IMG/VR virus record: IMGVR_UViG_3300045988_081534
DNA: 17,976 bases
Direction: 5' to 3' (one strand)
DNA from: a virus
The position numbers and the translations under genes were made by a program. Of the stretch, positions 6,969-13,146 are shown piece by piece (within the stretch, counting starts at the first letter, position 1; each line of letters begins with the position of its first letter). The notes below the pieces were generated by a model. That model did not search any database and was not told the DNA's origin. It worked only from the letters and a program-made list of their open reading frames with translations.

Positions 6969-7155
6969 AATATCCAAGATATTCTTTATTGATAATCTCG
7001 TCAAGCCAATAGCTCAAATCTTCAAGCGAAATATCGTCATCAATTTCATTGTCGGCCATAGCCTGATCAATTTGACCAATGAGAATGGACGCATTTTTCA
7101 ATACTTGTCGCTCTTCCTCGCTGAGGATAAGCCTATTAACCTTTCTATTCTTCAT
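6967..7155 (-). CDS. hypothetical acidic protein, 62 aa
   Basis: SD AAGGAAG 8 nt upstream; clean ORF to TAA. Confidence 0.5.
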   Translation of the reverse strand: MKNRKVNRLILSEEERQVLKNASILIGQIDQAMADNEIDDDISLEDLSYWLDEIINKEYLGY

Positions 7156-7195
7156 TTACAAAACTTCCTTTCTTATTTTAAGATTGACTGGTGGA

Positions 7196-7660
7196 TTACT
7201 CTACCAGTCGCCATAAGGCCGTAGGTAAATCTTCATGTGGCTCGATTGTTTCCCCTAAATGCCAGCCATCCCGCACACTTTTATTATCATCAATCAAAAT
7301 GAAATTGCTAATTCCCGGCTCAAAGTGTTTCCGCACACAATTTGCTTTTGTTGTGCCATATTCCACAAGGTGGACTTTATGTGCGGGGAAGTTGTATTTT
7401 GCAAGCCAAGTGCGCTTTGCGTCACGAACAGCAGTTTTATATGAGTTAGAACTGTCTTTTGCAAGCCAACTGATAACCCGAATTTCCCAGCCCTGCTCAA
7501 TGAGTTTATTAAGAACGGTATTCAATTCTTCTATATCGCAAAGAGGTTTGGCGACTGTATATGGATAGGGATTTTCATTCATTAAATCTTTTAACCAATC
7601 ATCCACGCCGTACAGGTCAGCGATTGTTCCATCCATATCAAAGCAGAGCATCTTTTTCAT
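7196..7660 (-). CDS. HAD-superfamily 5-prime(3-prime)-deoxyribonucleotidase (NT5C-like)
   Basis: motif I CFDMDGTIADL at N-terminus, C-terminal FILIDDN motif; overall NT5C-like spacing; SD AAGGAAG. Confidence 0.7.
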   Translation of the reverse strand: MKKMLCFDMDGTIADLYGVDDWLKDLMNENPYPYTVAKPLCDIEELNTVLNKLIEQGWEIRVISWLAKDSSNSYKTAVRDAKRTWLAKYNFPAHKVHLVEYGTTKANCVRKHFEPGISNFILIDDNKSVRDGWHLGETIEPHEDLPTALWRLVE

Positions 7661-7692
7661 TTTGATTTACTTCCTTTCTTTAGGTTGATTAA

Positions 7693-7808
7693 AGTATATC
7701 AGATTTCGGGATAGAAAACAAGAGGCAAACTGCACAAAATTTCGGCTGGAAAATTGTGCAACTTCTACAAAAGAGAAAATTCGGCGCGCCACGCACGTTA
7801 GCGCGCCG
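7693..7808 (-). promoter_or_regulatory. control module: promoter TTGTTT-17-TATACT (7693-7721), inverted repeat AAACTGCACAAAAT...AAAATTGTGCAAC (7727-7762), GC palindrome cggcgcgc-N11-gcgcgccg (7782-7808)
   Basis: read from sequence; spacer contains tatcccgaaa as in the 6805-6833 promoter. Confidence 0.4.
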
Positions 7809-7839
7809 CCGAGAAGCCTATTCAAAAAATGGGATAAAA

Positions 7840-7859
7840 AAGAGGGCCGAAGCCCTCTT
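7840..7859 (-). terminator. rho-independent terminator aagagggc-cgaa-gccctctt
   Basis: hairpin plus T-run on the minus strand immediately after the SpoVT-like stop. Confidence 0.6.
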
Positions 7860-8321
7860 TTAACTTTCACATATATTTGCAAGAAATCTTGCAGAAAGTT
7901 TAACCATGTCATGGACAGATTCTTCGTTATTGCTATTTTTATAGCAAATAAAACCAACCTGGTCGCCATTCACAAGAATTGGTGTAATAAACATACTTTC
8001 CCATTTTGTCGCCGAACTGCGAATATCAATCCAGTCATCGGGAACTCTTGTAATTCCAAAGGAACGCGGCCCGCATAAAATTCCATCATTGTCAAAAATA
8101 GCCGCGGCGATTCCGTTAGATGAAAGGGCATTTTGCATTTGTTTAGCGTAAGAGGAAAATTCTCCCATTATAGAATATTTCTTAAAAACTACGCCGCCAT
8201 CTTCTTCAAGAAAAATCTCTAATGGGTCGCCTTCTCTAATATGAAGGTTTCTACGGATTTCCTTTGGAATTACTATCCGGCCCAAATCATCAATACGGCG
8301 CACAATTCCAGTAGCTTTCAT
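7860..8321 (-). CDS. spoVT: SpoVT-like regulator: AbrB-type swapped-hairpin N-domain plus GAF-like C-domain
   Basis: MKATGIVRRIDDLGRIVIPKEIRRNLHIREGDPLEIFLEEDGGVVFKKY is near-canonical AbrB/SpoVT N-domain; C-terminus ...GFICYKNSNNEESVHDMVKLSARFLANICES parallels the SpoVT GAF tail; 153 aa. Confidence 0.8.
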   Translation of the reverse strand: MKATGIVRRIDDLGRIVIPKEIRRNLHIREGDPLEIFLEEDGGVVFKKYSIMGEFSSYAKQMQNALSSNGIAAAIFDNDGILCGPRSFGITRVPDDWIDIRSSATKWESMFITPILVNGDQVGFICYKNSNNEESVHDMVKLSARFLANICES

Positions 8322-8331
8322 TTTTATCTGC

Positions 8332-8362
8332 GGGAGTGCAAGATTTATAGTCTTGCACTCCC
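8332..8362 (-). promoter_or_regulatory. 12-bp-stem hairpin gggagtgcaaga/tcttgcactccc 10 nt upstream of the SpoVT-like start codon; only SD-like GGGAG lies inside the stem
   Basis: read from sequence; sister hairpin at 10422-10452. Confidence 0.45.
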
Positions 8363-8373
8363 TTCCTCCCTTC

Positions 8374-8760
8374 TTAATCCAGTTCTTTCAACATCCGTTC
8401 GAGGTCAGCTTTAGTACCACCCAACTCAAGCGTAAGAATAATTTCCGTTACGGCATTTTTCTCCCAGTCGCTAACTTCCCGCATGGCCTTTTTCTTCTCG
8501 TTCTCCATAGCGGGGTAAATACAATCCTGGCAAGCCTCTACCAGCCGGTCATTATATCTGCGGAAACTCATCCCCTTGTTTTTAACCTCCGAAAGAAGTT
8601 CGTCGTTAAGGGCTTTTACCGCCTGCTTAACTTTCTCCTGCATGATTTTACACTCTGTCTCATAAGCGGAAAAGGTTTCATGGACAGCCTGCCTTTTGAT
8701 TTCAGCCTTTACTCCAACTTCCTTTTCAATATACTCCCGAACAACCTTACTAACACGCAT
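8374..8760 (-). CDS. hypothetical protein, about 128 aa
   Basis: ATG with AAGGAAG 10 nt upstream (track start TTG two codons earlier); charged, helical-looking; conserved Cys pair CQDC. Confidence 0.55.
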   Translation of the reverse strand: MRVSKVVREYIEKEVGVKAEIKRQAVHETFSAYETECKIMQEKVKQAVKALNDELLSEVKNKGMSFRRYNDRLVEACQDCIYPAMENEKKKAMREVSDWEKNAVTEIILTLELGGTKADLERMLKELD

Positions 8761-8822
8761 TTCCAAAACTTCCTTTCTTAATTTTAATTTTTATTTATCG
8801 GGGTCGCCCCTTCCATGGTCTT

Positions 8823-8851
8823 ATTGTACCATAGTTGGGGCGATTTGTCAA
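8823..8851 (-). promoter_or_regulatory. promoter TTGACA-17-TGgTACAAT
   Basis: minus strand ggttgacaaatcgccccaactatggtacaataag. Confidence 0.5.
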
Positions 8852-8855
8852 CCCC

Positions 8856-9008
8856 TTACATCAAAGTTTTTGCAAGATATGCGAACATTAAGATTTCCGC
8901 CGCAAACATGATTTCAAGTCCTATGCAATCTTTTTCAATAGCGGCTACAAATTGCCATACCAGACACAGAACAAAAGCAATCAGAATTATCATGGTAAAA
9001 GTTGTCAT
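8856..9008 (-). CDS. small membrane protein, 50 aa
   Basis: internal start MTTFTMIILIAFVLCLVWQFVAA... with GGGGTGA 5 nt upstream, 4 nt after the TGA stop of the upstream gene; two hydrophobic helices. Confidence 0.5.
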   Translation of the reverse strand: MTTFTMIILIAFVLCLVWQFVAAIEKDCIGLEIMFAAEILMFAYLAKTLM

Positions 9009-9012
9009 ATAC

Positions 9013-9270
9013 TCACCCCGCAAAGGAAACTTCCGCAAAGTTAATATTGAAACGCTCCCATTCGCTTTCCATGCCTAACATCATATCATGGAAAAGGTCA
9101 TCACGATTTTTATATCCATCTTCTTCCAGAATAGCCTCCCATTCTCCATCGTCATATTGATTTTCCAGATAATCCAACGCAGACTTGCGGGCGGCAATGG
9201 TATTAGACGCTACACAGATAGGTTTATCGTCGTATCCATCCGTAACTAAAATCATTTTCTTTTCTTCCAT
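9013..9270 (-). CDS. hypothetical acidic protein, 85 aa
   Basis: SD AAAGGAAAG; clean ORF ending TGA. Confidence 0.55.
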   Translation of the reverse strand: MEEKKMILVTDGYDDKPICVASNTIAARKSALDYLENQYDDGEWEAILEEDGYKNRDDLFHDMMLGMESEWERFNINFAEVSFAG

Positions 9271-9322
9271 GATTTTTCTTTCCTTTCTTTCGAGGTGTTT
9301 CTATCTCCCTCTTTCTGATAAT

Positions 9323-9460
9323 AATATACCACAGGCAAATCAGAAAGTCAAGCGATTTTAGGAAAAAATTCTTCGTCAGATTGCACAACAATTCGAGTCT
9401 AAAATTGTGCAAATTGCCTCTTGATAAAAAATTCCGGCCGCGCCTATAGTGCACGGCCGG
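9323..9460 (-). promoter_or_regulatory. control module: promoter TTGACT-17-TGgTATATT (9323-9351), inverted repeat ATTGCACAAC...AATTGTGCAA with TTCGTCA heptamer (9372-9412), GC palindrome ccggccg-N13-cggccgg (9434-9460)
   Basis: read from sequence. Confidence 0.45.
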
Positions 9461-9478
9461 GCGATCGAATAAAAAAAG

Positions 9479-9500
9479 AACCTCCTGAATTTCAGGAGGT
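9479..9500 (-). terminator. rho-independent terminator acctcctgaa-t-ttcaggaggt preceded by A8 (T-run on the minus strand)
   Basis: 10-bp stem; downstream of the AbrB-like gene. Confidence 0.6.
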
Positions 9501-9542
9501 CATTAATTTCTGCATACCAACAACTCCCTTTCTTTTGAGAAG

Positions 9543-9776
9543 TCAATCGGCATTTTCAACAATCTTTAATCCGTTTGCTTGGATAATTTTCATAGCTTCT
9601 TCAAGCGAGGAATCAACCGATCCGCAGTCGATACAGATATATTTTCTGCCATCTTTTACCATAGTAGTAAAATAGTATTCTTGGCCAGAAACAAGGCCCA
9701 TCTACTCTCGCAGTCTTACTGGAATCATGATACGCCCACTTGAATCTAATTTCCTTGAGAAAGTAGTTTCTTGCAT
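9543..9776 (-). CDS. AbrB/MazE-family swapped-hairpin DNA-binding protein, 77 aa, with one in-frame TAG (9702-9704) read as sense
   Basis: MQETTFSRKLDSSGRIMIPVRLRE-x-MGLVSGQEYYFTTMVKDGRKYICID fits the AbrB N-domain pattern (GRI.IP...R..LG...G......V.DG.I.I) across the TAG; no SD; stop TGA; the plus-strand ORF 9421..9675 overlaps and is rejected. Confidence 0.55.
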
Positions 9777-9864
9777 TTTGATAAATAAATTCTAGTGACC
9801 TAGGCTCGTGCGAAAAACGACTCCATCACGGGAATCGCCGATTTAGAACAATCGGAAGGAACAT

Positions 9865-9981
9865 TTACCACTCGCAAGGCATTTTCTGGCAGAACTGAGA
9901 CATAGGGTAATTTTTACAAGAATCCTAGTTCAAACAGAACTCCAAAATAACCGCGAGTGCTTTCAGCACTTCTAAGGTCAT
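9865..9981 (-). CDS. possible small Cys-rich ORF, 38 aa, one in-frame TAG
   Basis: SD AAAGGAG 8 nt before ATG; MTLEVLKALAVILEFCLN-x-DSCKNYPMSQFCQKMPCEW; weak support. Confidence 0.2.
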
Positions 9982-10014
9982 TAGAAAAACTCCTTTCTTT
10001 ATTTTTCTATAATT

Positions 10015-10072
10015 ATTATAATATATTTTTTTGAAAAAATCAATAGGGCCGGCATTACGCCAGCCCTAATCT
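10015..10072 (-). promoter_or_regulatory. promoter TTGATT-17-TATAAT (10015-10043) preceded by GC hairpin agggctggc-gtaat-gccggccct (about 10050-10072)
   Basis: read from sequence. Confidence 0.4.
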
Positions 10073-10182
10073 CTGTAACCAAACCAGATGGTATTTACCA
10101 ATGTGAAGTAGAACTGTGCCATATCCCTTATTTGTCCAAACAGTGGAACCGATAGGATATGTATGCGGTAAACGCTCAATAC

Positions 10183-10398
10183 TCACTTTAGTTCCACCTC
10201 CTCGAAAGCTCTAATTTTTAGCAGATAATTATATAAGGCTCTATCTTGTTTGTCGCCGGTATTAAAATCAAGAGTACGAACACAGCCGGTAACATTGGAA
10301 TTAAGAGGATGATTCAAACACCAACCAGCCATATTACAAATTGTGTCTCCAAACTCCGCAGATTTTTCTACACTTTCAAATTTAATAACAGCAATCAT
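10183..10398 (-). CDS. hypothetical protein, 71 aa
   Basis: strong SD AGGAGG; preceded by hairpin 10422-10452. Confidence 0.55.
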   Translation of the reverse strand: MIAVIKFESVEKSAEFGDTICNMAGWCLNHPLNSNVTGCVRTLDFNTGDKQDRALYNYLLKIRAFEEVELK

Positions 10399-10421
10399 AT
10401 TTATTCCTCCTTTTTTATCGT

Positions 10422-10452
10422 GGGGAGTGGAGATTTATGGCCTCCACTCCCA
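10422..10452 (-). promoter_or_regulatory. 10-bp-stem hairpin gggagtggag/ctccactccc between two genes, 13 nt upstream of the AGGAGG SD
   Basis: shares GGGAGTG arm and AT-rich loop with the 8332-8362 hairpin. Confidence 0.45.
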
Positions 10453-10461
10453 CAGGTTTTC

Positions 10462-10701
10462 TTAACCATCTACATAAATGATTAGATTGTTGCCTCTTGC
10501 TTGAATACCAGTTACCGGAAGTCCCAGCACCCATTCCTTAGACGCCTCAATGACGTCTCCTCCCAGGGTTATCTTGTGATCAGGTAGCTCATGGTAATGA
10601 GCTTGGGTATTCTCATTGATAATTTCGACCCCTTCCCCGTCAAAGAACATGGTATCTTCTGCGAGCGGAGAAAGCAGACCTGCAATCATTTTCAAAGTCA
10701 T
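10462..10701 (-). CDS. hypothetical protein, 79 aa
   Basis: SD GAAAGGAAG; clean ORF to TAA. Confidence 0.55.
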   Translation of the reverse strand: MTLKMIAGLLSPLAEDTMFFDGEGVEIINENTQAHYHELPDHKITLGGDVIEASKEWVLGLPVTGIQARGNNLIIYVDG

Positions 10702-10755
10702 TTCTTTTACTTCCTTTCAAATTCTTTTTGTGACCTTGCCCCTCTGGACAAGTAT

Positions 10756-10895
10756 ATAATAACACATGACAAGAGGAATGTCAAGTAATTTCGGGAGAAA
10801 ATCTTTCGTCAAATTGCACAGACTTTCGATCATATAATTGTTGAAACTGCCGGATAAATAAAAATTCGGGCCGCGGCGCACGCTGGCGGCCCGGC
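10756..10895 (-). promoter_or_regulatory. control module: promoter TTGACA-17-TATTAT (10756-10784), half-site TTCGTCAAATTGCACAGAC (10809-10825), GC palindrome cgggccgc-N13-gcggcccg (10867-10895)
   Basis: read from sequence. Confidence 0.45.
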
Positions 10896-10926
10896 GAAAA
10901 GTCAATATGGAAAAGTGCATAAAAAT

Positions 10927-10957
10927 GACTGGCAATCTTTGTGCAGATTGCCAGTCA
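10927..10957 (-). terminator. rho-independent terminator gactggcaatc-N9-gattgccagtc preceded by an A-run (T-run on the minus strand)
   Basis: 11-bp stem. Confidence 0.6.
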
Positions 10958-10969
10958 AGTATTATTCCT

Positions 10970-11203
10970 TTACAGCTCCATGGTTTCCATGAGATAGCCC
11001 GTGCCCATCGGCACCTCCCGCAGATTGCTGGGACTTATACGCAACTTATATTTCCTATTGATTTTATTCGCCGCACTTGTCTTATCTCTTGCTTGGACAA
11101 TTACTGGTATATGGAGTTTATTCAGAGTGGGCTTATTAAAACTGAAATATCCCATCTCTCTGCGCTTGCGGCCCATGGCGTCGATATAAGTCCCTCTATA
11201 CAT
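10970..11203 (-). CDS. hypothetical basic protein, 77 aa
   Basis: SD TAGGAGG; clean ORF. Confidence 0.5.
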   Translation of the reverse strand: MYRGTYIDAMGRKRREMGYFSFNKPTLNKLHIPVIVQARDKTSAANKINRKYKLRISPSNLREVPMGTGYLMETMEL

Positions 11204-11216
11204 TTTTTTCCTCCTA

Positions 11217-11369
11217 TTATTTAGTCATGAGAACGAACATATTATATTCGCTGTGCTGTGGGTTTGGCTCACAGTTATCCGCCACTATATCAGCCCAACT
11301 AAGAACTGCCCAGAGTAGGAGAGCGGCACAAATGCCGCCTCCTATCCGCTTAATAATTCTCATTTCCAT
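11217..11369 (-). CDS. small membrane protein, 50 aa; start overlaps the stop of the upstream gene (ATGGAAATGA)
   Basis: MEMRIIKRIGGGICAALLLWAVLSWA... hydrophobic helix; not in the ORF track (below 60 aa). Confidence 0.35.
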   Translation of the reverse strand: MEMRIIKRIGGGICAALLLWAVLSWADIVADNCEPNPQHSEYNMFVLMTK

Positions 11370-11662
11370 TTCTTTGCCTCCTGTTCTTTAACCCATTCAG
11401 TACCGATTGTATCTCCGACCATAGCAACCTTATATTCGTCTTCGCTTGCAATTCTGGTATGCAGATTGCTATTGATAAACTTTCTATTGATATAAGCCCA
11501 GTGTGGCATATAGGCCACTCGCATGGCATTAAAAGCATCCAGGTCTAAGATAATGCCGTCCTCTACCTCTGCGGAACGCACATTCATCTTATACCGCAAA
11601 AGTTTAATAAATTCACGCTTTCTAAAAGTAGGCCCAACGAACCACTTAATATAATTGTTCAT
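11360..11662 (-). CDS. hypothetical protein, 100 aa
   Basis: SD GGGAGAAAGGA; clean ORF. Confidence 0.55.
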   Translation of the reverse strand: MNNYIKWFVGPTFRKREFIKLLRYKMNVRSAEVEDGIILDLDAFNAMRVAYMPHWAYINRKFINSNLHTRIASEDEYKVAMVGDTIGTEWVKEQEAKKWK

Positions 11663-11708
11663 AGTCTTTTATCCTTTCTCCCCGTATAGCCGTTAGGTCA
11701 GCTTCTTT

Positions 11709-11855
11709 TTAATCTACGATTTCTCCACTGGATAAATCCACAATCCAATGATTAGGATTGACTATCTCGTGACTGACCTTCCATCTTGCCATTGAAAGGG
11801 TGGATGGTTCATAATAGCGCATTTTCTCATTGGCTAAAACTTGTAACTGATACAT
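11709..11855 (-). CDS. possible small protein, 48 aa
   Basis: AAGGGG 8 nt before ATG; MYQLQVLANEKMRYYEPSTLSMARWKVSHEIVNPNHWIVDLSSGEIVD. Confidence 0.3.
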   Translation of the reverse strand: MYQLQVLANEKMRYYEPSTLSMARWKVSHEIVNPNHWIVDLSSGEIVD

Positions 11856-11886
11856 ATAGTATGCCCCTTTCTTTTAATTATTATAA

Positions 11887-11918
11887 CCCTGCCTTACCTT
11901 GTGTTTTGCAAGGCAGGG
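11887..11918 (-). other. 9-bp-stem hairpin ccctgcctt/aaggcaggg after the stop of 11930..12304; no T-run
   Basis: read from sequence. Confidence 0.4.
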
Positions 11919-11929
11919 TTTATAAACTG

Positions 11930-12304
11930 TTATCCTCTAATTTCTTCTTCTTGGGTCTTTGTCGCCCAATCAAAAGAGGTACGAACATCGGAAGGTCTGC
12001 GGAATTGCTCTGCTTCGGCCTTTGTCCCGCCTAATGCCATAGCATAGGCTTTCCAGTCAACCGTTCCTTTTGCGGTAGTTTCTTTATATACCACCGCTTT
12101 CGCCTTACCCTGCATTTGTACCGTGCCATATAGATAACTTGTTTTGTCCGTAGCCTTAAAAGCCTTACCTAATCTGGAAAATAGCTCTTTAGCCTTAGCC
12201 TTAGCTGCTTTCTCCGCCGCCTCCGCCGCAGACTTAGCCATCTTAGCGGCCATATACTCCATAATAATGGCTCGATCTTCATTGGTAAAATCAATCTTTT
12301 TCAT
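11930..12304 (-). CDS. hypothetical Ala/Lys-rich protein, about 124 aa
   Basis: start MKKIDF with SD AAAGGGAG; the track ORF extends upstream through the promoter to an unsupported TTG. Confidence 0.55.
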   Translation of the reverse strand: MKKIDFTNEDRAIIMEYMAAKMAKSAAEAAEKAAKAKAKELFSRLGKAFKATDKTSYLYGTVQMQGKAKAVVYKETTAKGTVDWKAYAMALGGTKAEAEQFRRPSDVRTSFDWATKTQEEEIRG

Positions 12305-12356
12305 ACTCTTTTGACTCCCTTTCTTTTTGTGGTGTGGTTCTCTTTTGTTCTGGCTG

Positions 12357-12571
12357 TATTGTATCAAACCTTTAGCAGTTTGTCAATACCTTTTTTGAAA
12401 TTTTTTAATTTTCAAAGTGCCGTGCTTTTGTCTTTGTCCTACTGGACAAGTCCAGTTTACCACCAAAATGTTCACTTGTCAATAGTTTTTTTGAAATTTC
12501 TTTCTCTCTCTTTTGCACAAAATAAATAACATCTTGTTGTGCAGTTTGCATAAACCCTTTACGCGCGCGTA
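12357..12571 (-). promoter_or_regulatory. control module with two tandem promoters (TTGACA-17-TgaTACAAT at 12357-12385; TTGACA-17-TGgTAAACT at 12454-12482), palindrome actggac-aa-gtccagt at 12443-12458, inverted repeat TTTTGCACAAAA...TGTTGTGCAGTTT (12513-12544), GC palindrome tacgcgcgcgta (12560-12571)
   Basis: read from sequence. Confidence 0.45.
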
Positions 12572-12744
12572 TTCCTTTAGGGGCGTGCTTTCTTGCTTTC
12601 GTACTTTAACGAGTGAAAGAGGCCAACTACACTTCAATACTTTACCATGTGAAAGAGGGGCGTGTATTTTGGGAAAAACTGGAAATTTTTTTGTAAAATC
12701 GTTCTGCCACGCCATTTCAAAATCTAAATCGACTTTTCAATCTC

Positions 12745-12785
12745 AATAACGAAAAAGAGAGAAGAACTCACTTCTTCTCTCCGCA
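12745..12785 (-). terminator. rho-independent terminator gagaagaa-ctcac-ttcttctc plus T-run on the minus strand, ending the FolD/PARG/Pth2 operon
   Basis: 8-bp stem; stop codon of 12768..12911 within it. Confidence 0.6.
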
Positions 12786-12911
12786 TTTACACTTCTTTTT
12801 TAAATTATATATAATATGATCTTCTACTTTGTAAATTGGATATAATTCTCCACAGACTGCGCATATATTATAATAATGCTTGCCGTCAAACCATACTAAT
12901 ACTTTATCCAT
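12768..12911 (-). CDS. small zinc-ribbon-like protein, 47 aa
   Basis: MDKVLVWFDGKHYYNICAVCGELYPIYKVEDHIIYNLKKKCKCGEKK with CxxC...CxC; ATG overlaps the stop of the lipoprotein gene (ATGGATAA). Confidence 0.35.
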   Translation of the reverse strand: MDKVLVWFDGKHYYNICAVCGELYPIYKVEDHIIYNLKKKCKCGEKK

Positions 12912-13146
12912 CGTCGGTTGCCTCAAAACTAAAAATCAAATTATATCCATCCTCAGTTTCTATCGTTTCATATCCTTTTAAGATATATCCATCCTCTAGT
13001 TTAATATTAATCGCATCAGATCTCCACATTGTAGGAATATACTCTAGCCTTGGATAACGATTGTTCTCCTCCACGCAAGCAGTCAACAATAGTAAAATCA
13101 AAACTATATTAATTATAAAGCTGATACTTCTTCCCAATTTTGTCAA
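12904..13146 (-). CDS. small secreted lipoprotein, about 80 aa (candidate superinfection-exclusion type)
   Basis: TTG start with GGAGG 9 nt upstream; signal peptide MTKLGRSISFIINIVLILLLLTAC with lipobox LTAC; the track ORF starts at an earlier TTG (13176). Confidence 0.55.
   Translation of the reverse strand: MTKLGRSISFIINIVLILLLLTACVEENNRYPRLEYIPTMWRSDAINIKLEDGYILKGYETIETEDGYNLIFSFEATDDG

Noticed and set aside
6702-7568. ORFs 6702..7004(-), 6844..7224(+), 7191..7568(+), 7259..7444(+), 7294..7500(-)
   Set aside because: They read through the terminator, GC palindrome and promoter module, or lie in alternative frames or antisense to the HAD nucleotidase and the 62-aa gene.
6838-7770. sigma-54 (-24 TGGCA / -12 TTGCA) interpretation of the TGGCAAATTGCACAAAATTTGCA elements
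   Set aside because: The GG-to-GC spacing is 8-10 bp rather than the required 12. The elements sit upstream of good sigma-A -35/-10 pairs, so an operator role is more consistent.
9380-9960. tRNA-like fragments (TTCGAGTC T-loop-like at 9394, ccgatt-gttctaa-aatcgg anticodon-arm-like at 9874-9892) as a possible suppressor tRNA
   Set aside because: The flanking stems do not pair as T-arm or acceptor stems. The anticodon-like stem is 6 bp with the wrong loop register, and no full cloverleaf can be built. No tRNA was called in this window.
10075-10180. Long open frame running from 10128 through the 10015-10043 promoter into the 38-aa ORF
   Set aside because: The only ATG has an SD 1 nt away. The frame crosses a promoter and a GC hairpin. 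It is probably a chance open frame in AT-rich sequence.
12297-12304. Apparent 1-nt frame discrepancy at the T-run before the ATG of gene 11930..12304 (possible slippery homopolymer)
   Set aside because: By my hand count the ATG of MKKIDF lands one position off the frame set by the stop codon, whereas the supplied ORF track has them in frame. This is most likely my counting error in the homopolymer rather than a real frameshift.
5395-12571. Integron-like cassette array (GC palindromes as attC sites) or CRISPR-like repeat array
   Set aside because: Every cassette carries its own promoter and terminator, and no integrase is present. The repeats are irregularly spaced and of different lengths, and gene-sized units lie between them, so this is neither CRISPR nor a classic integron.
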